The notes beneath the pieces are model-generated. The model did not search any database. It was not told the DNA's origin and saw nothing but the letters and a program-made list of their open reading frames with translations. Shown in pieces: positions 27,701-32,000 of a DNA stretch of 32,000 nt; positions within the stretch are counted from its first letter, which is position 1; every line of letters begins with the position of its first letter. Position numbers and translations under genes: made by a program. Source of the stretch: Candidatus Lokiarchaeum ossiferum (GTDB taxonomy: Archaea > Asgardarchaeota > Lokiarchaeia > Sigyniarchaeales > Promethearchaeaceae); NCBI GenBank assembly GCA_025839675.1, contig CP104013.1, positions 5,250,001-5,282,000 on the forward strand, in the 5' to 3' direction.

Positions 27701-30700
27701 AAATTTAGTTGTGATTTCAATGAAGAAAGTTCAATTGATTTAGAAAGTGAAGAAAATTATGATCTATTTCCAAGAACATGGGTTCCTAAAACATATAATG
27801 GTAGAGATATCCTTGAAGCAAATGGCTGGGATCATATAATGGCTTTTGATGATCTTGATATTAGAACTGATGGTGTTGCACAGAACGTTTCGGATATTGA
27901 ATTTCATATAGAAGTTGCAAAATCAGATTGGAGAGATGTTGATGATTTAATATATAAAATCATCCCAATGGATGGAATAATACAAGAATTAGGTGATTGG
28001 CATGATATTTCTGAAACACAAACATTTGACATTCCTTTGGATGTAGAATCTTTAACCGTAGAAGAATTCAATGATTTGTACATATATATCGCCGATAATC
28101 TTATTGGTCGATTATCATTCTATACTGATACGGTTTCCTTAGATTATACATTAAATAATTTCAAACCTGATGATGTTATCTATAATGGCATAGAATTAAA
28201 ATTGACTTATGGTGATGACAAAACTGTCACTGTTGATTTACCTTCGAATTCCTACGTGGAATATAGTATTGATGATGATGATGTAATATTTAATTATAAT
28301 ATTCCAAAATCTCTTATTAATAGCTATGAAAAAGTTAAGAAAATCGAATTTATTTTGGATAAACCTTCATACTACGATGTTACTGTCGATTACAATCGAT
28401 TAATTGGCGATTATGATAATTCCAATACGGATTATTGGGATAATGTGGTTAATGCTGATACTCTTAATCATTTAAAGTATGAACAAGAATTTACTTATAC
28501 CTTTGGCGATGAATTTATAGATTTCAGTTTCAATCCCAATGTAAATATCAATTTTAAAGGTTTTTCATTAGCATCTACCAACTTTGGTAGTGAAAAAACA
28601 TTAGATTCAATCACTGATGAGTTTTCCAATATGAAATTTCTTTCAACTATATACATTAAAGATACTTCAAACATAGTCCGTACTTATGGTGATCCGCAGT
28701 TTTCTACAATAAATAATGGCAAACAATGTACTATGGATGAATTTACCTTTTATTATGATAGTTTACTTGCAAATAATTTACTCGTATCTGATCAAGGAAA
28801 TTATAATTTAAAATTCATTATTATTACTGAAATTATTTTAGAAGATCCTTCAAACGATTATATATTTAATCACGATAATTGGGCATTAAAACCAATTATT
28901 AACATTCCAGTAAATTGTCTAAATACTGCTAAAATAAGATTGGATAAGAATTCATATATTGATTCTCAAAATTCATTTACAGAAAAGACATATCAAATCT
29001 TTAAACAAAATCAATTAGACCTTATCAAGTTATCAGACACTGGTTTGCGTGTTGATTTTAATAGTGTAATAAATTACAATATGACAGCATTTCAAAATAA
29101 TAATGAAGTTAGCATCTCTGAGTATATTCATGATGGTTTTCTATCAAATTTCCCATTAAAGATTAGTGTCTCATCAAATAATGCATTGATCAGTTCATCA
29201 TTATCAATTAAAATCTCAGATAATTTGAATGTTGGATCTATTTCTGGCTCAAATTCAATTCAGGTAATATATACAAAAGATCTATATCTTTATCCTGATG
29301 AAATTACTCTTGATATTTCAGGATCTATATATGATTTTGATAGTTTAGATTCTGATATTTATCTTTATTTGAAATTTGAAATATTCAATGAAGGAGTCAA
29401 TGGGAAGTGGATGAATTCGATTGATTCTTTAACTAGTACAAGATTTGATTTTGATATTTCTGAATCAAATGAAAATTATATCTATCCAGATACATTAGAA
29501 TCACTAACTCATTTCGATTATTACTACAATGAGGAATCAAAATCAAATCCAAGAGCAAAAACCATTCCCCTTAATCTCTTAATTGAAGATAAGATAATTA
29601 ACAAATTGAGCGGTGAGGACTTTGAACAGAAGGTTCAAGAAATTAGAAAAATTGAACTTTCACTTGAAGGTAGTATTGCTCATTATTTATGGAATAATCC
29701 TGAAAGTGGTGGAATTTCTTCTTCTTCAAGCTTTATAAATCAGAATCTATTTAATCCAGAATTTCATGATCCAATGGAAGGCAGTAATTGGATAAGTGAT
29801 AATGCTGGAAAAAGTACTATATGTATTCAAAACGAATTAACAACTATTAATTTACTTCCATCACCTAATATTCATTCAAACCAGTTTATCTTTAATTATA
29901 GCATATCACCATATTCTGAAAGTAATTATGAGCTTATTGATTCAATATATAAAGAAGATGGAAATTATTACCTGAGATATCTTTTAATCATTGATCAAAA
30001 CAATTACATATTAGAGAACCATAGTAATTTTGACAGTTCACTTATAAAAATTGATATTTCCAAAATTCATTTAACGTATAGTGTAATAAATGGTAATGAA
30101 TCTATTAGAGAAAGCAATTATGAAGAAATCCAAGAATTTCGACTGGATATTGACGATTCGAATGATCTTGATACTTTAGATATCTCATCTTTATTCAGTA
30201 TTAATATTAGTTCAACATTACCAAATACTGAAACATTATTTGCTACTGACGAGGATTTAATATGGGGTAATAATCCAATATCATATTTAGCACTAAAAAA
30301 CAAATATACTGCACAATATGATATTTTATTGGAAAATAGTGTTGAAATGGTGATATCTGATAATTTAAGAATACTTTCATCGAATAACTTGAAACTATAT
30401 TTATATGAAAATTTTGAGCAATATTTACAATATGATAGTACTCTTGGACTATACTTTATTGAGGGAAGAAATGGAATTCTATGGTCCTTACGGAACGAAA
30501 GATTTGAAACCTTGAAAATGAATTGTGAAGTTATTGATAGTGAGGTTCAAATTGAATTAGAATCTTGGAATTCAGATGTAGAATTACTTAATAATGGTAA
30601 AACTAAAACTGTTTCAATCGCTGATGCTGATGGAGATAATGATCAAGATATAATACTAGATACTTCAACTGTAATCTATCAGCAAAAAAATGAAGCAACT

Positions 30701-32000
30701 TATGCCATGAAAATATCTACCTTTGATAATGATGATGAATTGATTTGTGATATGAATTTCTTAGCAATTCAAGATAGAGGGGCACCTCATCCAGAATTTT
30801 TTGGTCATCTATCAGAAATTGTGGAATTTGGTCGAAATTTTAGCCTAAATGTTGTTGATTATTCCACTGATTTAACTGATATTTATTTATTTTATTCATA
30901 TAATGAAACTGGACCATTTATTGAATTAGATCATCAATCTATTACAGAGACCCAGAATTATTTCAGATATGAAATTGATAGTGAAAATTCTTCAGCATAT
31001 TTAAACGAAGGTAAAATATTTTTCAATTTTACCTGTACTGATGATTCAGGTTTAAATGGTTCAACAATATTATCATGTATAATTGATAGATCTCCTATTG
31101 ATCCACTATTTTCTGTAATTGATTTTGAGAAGACAATATTGGATGAAAATGACGATGAGATGAATTGTATATCAGTTCAAAGTAATATTGAAATTGATAT
31201 TCCTTATGAAGCAGAAACTGAAAGTGATTTAGATTATATCAAATTGTTCTTAATTTGTAATGATGAAATCATATGGAAGAATACATACTTCCCCTCTGAT
31301 TTAGTAAGAAGTGAAAATGGATATGAACTTCAATTCAATATATATGAAAATGTCATCAAATACATTATGAACTATAATATTAGCGATACTCTAAGGTTTG
31401 AATGGCAGACTGTAGATAAAGCTTGTAATATTCATGAATTTAAAAAAAATTATACCTTCAATCTTGATTCCGATTTTGAAATTTTCCTATGCAATGATGA
31501 TGGACTCATGCTTAATCAAAATGAAATAGATTTCTATTATTATAATGAATATATTAATGGAAAAGTTGTTGATTCATTTGGACAACCATTACCCAAGGAT
31601 TTTGAGTTTGATTTGTGCTTAGATGGTCTTATTCTCAATAAAACAAAGATTACTAATAATTATGGTAGTTTCAACGCTAAAATTGTTTCTTGTGAGTTGT
31701 ATTCTAATGATTTAAGATATAATCAAGATGTAATAATTAATGGAATTGATGGGAAATTTGAACAAGATAAGTCTATTCAAATGGGTGCGGGACTATCCTC
31801 AAGGTATTCACAAATTGATGCAGTAAATCGCTTATTTTTGGAAAGTGACAAGGGAAATATAGTCTTGAAATATGAAAATATGGATTACTCTGAATATAAT
31901 ATACTTGATGGATTTGAAGGATTTCATTTTGACTTGTTTATTCCGGCTGCAGTAAGCTATTTGTCTGGATCTACATTTAGTGAAATTCAATTGCAATTCT
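18752..32000 (+). CDS. Giant secreted/cell-surface protein, partial (at least 4416 aa; 3' end beyond the window): signal peptide, many diverged Ig-like modules, FG-GAP-like propeller region
   Basis: Not in the supplied track. An in-frame TAA at 18737-18739 is followed by the first ATG at 18752. My codon-by-codon reading found no stop to position 32000. I re-checked the frame at 22361, 25301, 26501 and 30620. The track lists no ORF in this frame here, which it would if any in-frame stop closed an ORF of 60 aa or more. All other-frame ORFs in the interval are 76 aa or shorter. The N-terminus is MVLIKKQLMKRKIMAFFILNLFTVSTAFDILASGC. Confidence 0.9.
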   Translation, partial: MVLIKKQLMKRKIMAFFILNLFTVSTAFDILASGCPFPENMEIDLNLGYGVEDNLTGWIDGKFKIRIYDDLIINWTDNKSGYRKITIWNDEGRSIFSDFYFSRGGDQQYVIHLDPNNNNYNNFQPGENYSLQICNLIHYFSPIVKSCSDLINFEIIKAKSQLQFIENLDFDSNNLDMGVYIIDKSGFPVDPHFLYKYEIVLANYYEPQKKLAFEPINLDYINPNTNNYEAITFGVTDINGLFEYEENKNNIPQNYIVRWNYCGSDLYESASIVDSLDFEHIFSPFDYTGPDPIGDDPSDGNINSLSNSSYSYTGLRKYYSWINVTESELQGFNLDDVSTCYYQFGVSEDRDSLYVGTISNFDFKGKLISPTVYYYGDEVNYASLSVNFEAFREVNKDKDHVPHSEIFNIDVLLLDEYGSILERQDLFNGNNTDFITKKISFNEIHFNEPKKFRIGFDISINVFNKHTCWDYSDEFYFCIREIDIDIMNKNAQWAQSSNLDDWYGYTFSENTKKIKYSELNNGEYEYLANYPAENCFNNTENLWEMPLNSLLDSSVPYTTGIQNYKFDEDPFTNSINTWGLSSNNDGFDFAGGYVSDIGSYYDYFSNGNLNTEGIEFNYLDFIRSGRKTYHNLPSFSFENVKYRNKWAGMSIPFSLSDLGDLYSYKELFIQYDVGSNPVTCTGLNYEIKTLLVKPDNSIIELHSQNHNHFYFKSFQHSLESLEPGNYQLVFIAETANWHSEKNIDIFFDNIKLKSTLEIKKNAYSFIANSGTVIPENNGPLYLDGEFTIRNQINFTENSINQSNLDLKIVYENKKIINSLDDGDADFAIFFIPIENHTIELDSYMITSEFFDSNYIKQDAIVDLNSLKGKNITHFKIRIKMHIPSSTRGYLNSADMFLLTFSNLTIISNDTINEFNYVSDFDLCSFKQITLDVYAKKDASCKKYNKNSAILATSMQYSYKDSYAIASVMSERTKSFGLSNTYFKGDLNLTIKKYIQYPTYYDNPINSKLYFDLYLENSNGNLVKIFTELIWESDISSIDYFDNPNINLSLNLDNVFEEFYNLGEEYSDVYVISYRTVLSSLNDGFIPKLGVEILKSSLVLTDQPPIGNWINLNSGDIITGNKMLQVQTLTHDCNGVRFLGSSDGGLTFKTIGETYVHDENWIFGYDFNTEESMIFPKNDEDFIVIAQFMDDYEIVNITSIEIIIDNSPPVISFGNSLINDDILVEPRNIKIDTNSTDIQYIELYAEKYDEEGQKLEKILIMTDDDGNDGWEFDFSPLLLEPSIYNFNAIAYDRAYLEGFCEATNLLVNWIDPHFYYPTPENNSFVKGTIDFYFSIGTPWIDNIVISTASISTFNIEDAAFQEYVVLNKNSTEDIYHFDINSKDVFGEFSNGYYYIEFEFNVNSYSQKHYYWLYFDNQPIVCDISISDTVKINEHTIDFSLYQPFSGNEFSNKVNVLGEDNWIADSFPLNLEIIPAYYEDLVYIQYYLEIYKNNDMESLGISENLNYSYITQDIYKYHKNDILARQLEEFSNYYPSQITDGYSFLLDVSNGILHTLGEIIVEDNLIGNNILYDFNQYPYLAYIIEFSSNGFPIEYVNNQNEMMASSLTNLFDEAFNDILNDNFQGAYDIVLKKIKPILTGLTTNEKEIPWTTPERILISEFNNKEDIQPNPRIDLSHYPDCYFSFAIDTEDKVGNKAIYSTELYLLDKGNPKSLIVYPEFNEQVILPVNLNTNEEISLNFSIYTNDMDIAELSFKSAIAYTEFLEKNLDLSLTQIMPNHLSEFQVVLDYDTAYSLLNDFTDNPTIFFEIEIIDQLGKTSILESEFSCVEQYDYNSPNITIIQAPNNEITYTGGFDLILDIDDVDENGNEGSGVKYIELWVNEINNNFGPGEINFPIMRWHSILEQNKKIYPEIFNNFLGLVLEPENDGYYHINPWNMSGRYMDLSNYSNGDFEFYIKVYDNNWNYEIIEINANIIMPQFNIKPNYPIHTDGTSNSLNFKLIDFGNSILDIEYILHNDDMSINAISSDGIFTGLNNQTTYYFDFKISQLDGSIISNNHTFEYPEKISKEIYGISSNTIQNYYLPYSIPIDNSVPYEFSFTIQNDDVIQDYYVLEANWLGEGIVEEKILYVDGKIADSVEELSAISINNNAKYLINTYELKDGNHNFSLEVLFNNQNSENSSIVNFIVDNSLPLWISSGFWINNISQYSIPSNYNENPIVYTNNQVEIQVNAYDPQSKLKNLEIWIQNDEGLSEIYKDIPLETSIVDYSTFLTIEDLNNLFIFKDGNYIVWVKLIGESGLIESQIIELSLMTELPTGNFINPYLPTNYENQIINLDFKTVMNIELIKSVEFFIQTQGNLNDFELNIDLLKWLGYGSIEMDSSDEFYYSFDYINDEYHDTNATFWVKIIDRAGNVNYIRTSDNHYIILYKIELDNFNGILYLDDNENINGNLINYENSSATAELSIFNGISYIPLEGTETLIGDGGSFTINWVDNNQNIPTELTEGFIPINCIEFSDYGNYQLYSQNFVQSGKFNNSDNYQIALITGNSNPFLYIFDHSLSSIYEWDVKSVEIGNIGSNVIQVNNWDVDNDGFNELVILSDMCLTVIDWNTEYAIWQINTYPFSNNNHINDLSITEQYPINMDYNSTHIIIGFKNTIYSFSIDANLAMELHELWEIPSGEELIQFTYNEIIGFATLLIITKQSIYYLKDKSWNLIFSTSYNLLSSVFVENLDLDPENEIIFGVLSNFGTDIVQAKYNYEFNGWEFVSTVLFSNLNKIYDIKMGHLSNTNLGNIVIASNEGLSIVNPPYLEKKQEYGLDPTNIVTTNESHNGIYEDYYSDINQYKYSAEKGYMSAEFPTSITKTENLLSISAPQASEQKYVSPKHFLSTATTSNSRLSSKIDTGINSNNYFASSIINSFSGGSTSEFNGLTQDELDSYPWNTKYFGYSFVNHDYIKNSYFNTESSNTVITTSEGAQGYFEDYNNLKGSIKFSCDFNEESSIDLESEENYDLFPRTWVPKTYNGRDILEANGWDHIMAFDDLDIRTDGVAQNVSDIEFHIEVAKSDWRDVDDLIYKIIPMDGIIQELGDWHDISETQTFDIPLDVESLTVEEFNDLYIYIADNLIGRLSFYTDTVSLDYTLNNFKPDDVIYNGIELKLTYGDDKTVTVDLPSNSYVEYSIDDDDVIFNYNIPKSLINSYEKVKKIEFILDKPSYYDVTVDYNRLIGDYDNSNTDYWDNVVNADTLNHLKYEQEFTYTFGDEFIDFSFNPNVNINFKGFSLASTNFGSEKTLDSITDEFSNMKFLSTIYIKDTSNIVRTYGDPQFSTINNGKQCTMDEFTFYYDSLLANNLLVSDQGNYNLKFIIITEIILEDPSNDYIFNHDNWALKPIINIPVNCLNTAKIRLDKNSYIDSQNSFTEKTYQIFKQNQLDLIKLSDTGLRVDFNSVINYNMTAFQNNNEVSISEYIHDGFLSNFPLKISVSSNNALISSSLSIKISDNLNVGSISGSNSIQVIYTKDLYLYPDEITLDISGSIYDFDSLDSDIYLYLKFEIFNEGVNGKWMNSIDSLTSTRFDFDISESNENYIYPDTLESLTHFDYYYNEESKSNPRAKTIPLNLLIEDKIINKLSGEDFEQKVQEIRKIELSLEGSIAHYLWNNPESGGISSSSSFINQNLFNPEFHDPMEGSNWISDNAGKSTICIQNELTTINLLPSPNIHSNQFIFNYSISPYSESNYELIDSIYKEDGNYYLRYLLIIDQNNYILENHSNFDSSLIKIDISKIHLTYSVINGNESIRESNYEEIQEFRLDIDDSNDLDTLDISSLFSINISSTLPNTETLFATDEDLIWGNNPISYLALKNKYTAQYDILLENSVEMVISDNLRILSSNNLKLYLYENFEQYLQYDSTLGLYFIEGRNGILWSLRNERFETLKMNCEVIDSEVQIELESWNSDVELLNNGKTKTVSIADADGDNDQDIILDTSTVIYQQKNEATYAMKISTFDNDDELICDMNFLAIQDRGAPHPEFFGHLSEIVEFGRNFSLNVVDYSTDLTDIYLFYSYNETGPFIELDHQSITETQNYFRYEIDSENSSAYLNEGKIFFNFTCTDDSGLNGSTILSCIIDRSPIDPLFSVIDFEKTILDENDDEMNCISVQSNIEIDIPYEAETESDLDYIKLFLICNDEIIWKNTYFPSDLVRSENGYELQFNIYENVIKYIMNYNISDTLRFEWQTVDKACNIHEFKKNYTFNLDSDFEIFLCNDDGLMLNQNEIDFYYYNEYINGKVVDSFGQPLPKDFEFDLCLDGLILNKTKITNNYGSFNAKIVSCELYSNDLRYNQDVIINGIDGKFEQDKSIQMGAGLSSRYSQIDAVNRLFLESDKGNIVLKYENMDYSEYNILDGFEGFHFDLFIPAAVSYLSGSTFSEIQLQF
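26318..27150 (+). other. FG-GAP/VCBS-like beta-propeller region inside the giant ORF
   Basis: Blade-like segments carry D-x-[DN]-x-D-G-type loops: NNWDVDNDGFNELVILSD (D-loop at 26501), VENLDLDPENEIIFGV, MGHLSNTNLGNIVIASNEG. An isolated further motif SIADADGDNDQDIILDTS lies at 30614-30667. Confidence 0.5.

Noticed and set aside
18752-32000. Alternative explanation that the apparently ORF-free 13 kb reflects a recoded genetic code or noncoding or repeat DNA.
   Set aside because: The standard code gives one clean, stop-free frame with protein-like domain motifs, so no recoding is needed. The gap in the track comes from the ORF lacking a stop within the window.
1-32000. Search for rRNA, tRNA, CRISPR arrays, transposases, integrases, terminal inverted repeats and prophage genes.
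   Set aside because: I saw none by eye. There are no regularly spaced direct repeats, no cloverleaf-like GC-rich ~75-nt islands and no recombinase motifs. A covariance-model scan would be needed to exclude small RNAs.

Overview
This is a strongly AT-rich, tightly packed prokaryotic segment, most likely archaeal. The gene content supports that: an Orc1/Cdc6-type AAA+ protein, a Roadblock/LC7 protein with a long acidic tail, LipS-type radical-SAM genes, and surface proteins with a C-terminal TM helix and basic tail. This would fit an Asgard/Loki-like genome, but the window cannot prove it.

Positions 1-12610 hold housekeeping-type genes:
- the 5' part of an acyl-CoA ligase (missing from the ORF track);
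- a PiT phosphate permease with its DUF47/PhoU-like partner;
- a radical-SAM / lipoate-protein ligase / radical-SAM trio matching the LipS1-LplA-LipS2 lipoate assembly route;
- a small hypothetical gene;
- a Roadblock/LC7 protein with repeated DDILAALD-type motifs;
- an Orc1/Cdc6-like protein with degenerate Walker A/B motifs;
- a dNK-like kinase;
- a TldD/PmbA-like pair lacking the canonical catalytic residues.

Positions 12639-32000, about 60% of the window, form a cell-surface island of three genes:
- a 640-aa propeller-like membrane protein rich in N-glycosylation sequons;
- a 1170-aa mosaic surface protein with 2 PPC-like, 4 FN3-like, 1 NIDO-like and 3 Ig-like modules plus a TM anchor;
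- one uninterrupted ORF from 18752 to the window end (13,249 nt, at least 4416 codons).

The third gene is the key observation. The supplied track omits it because it has no stop codon inside the window. It encodes a giant, Asn/Asp/Ile/Tyr-rich secreted protein built from diverged Ig-like modules and an FG-GAP-like propeller.

I found no rRNA, tRNA, CRISPR array, transposase or integrase.
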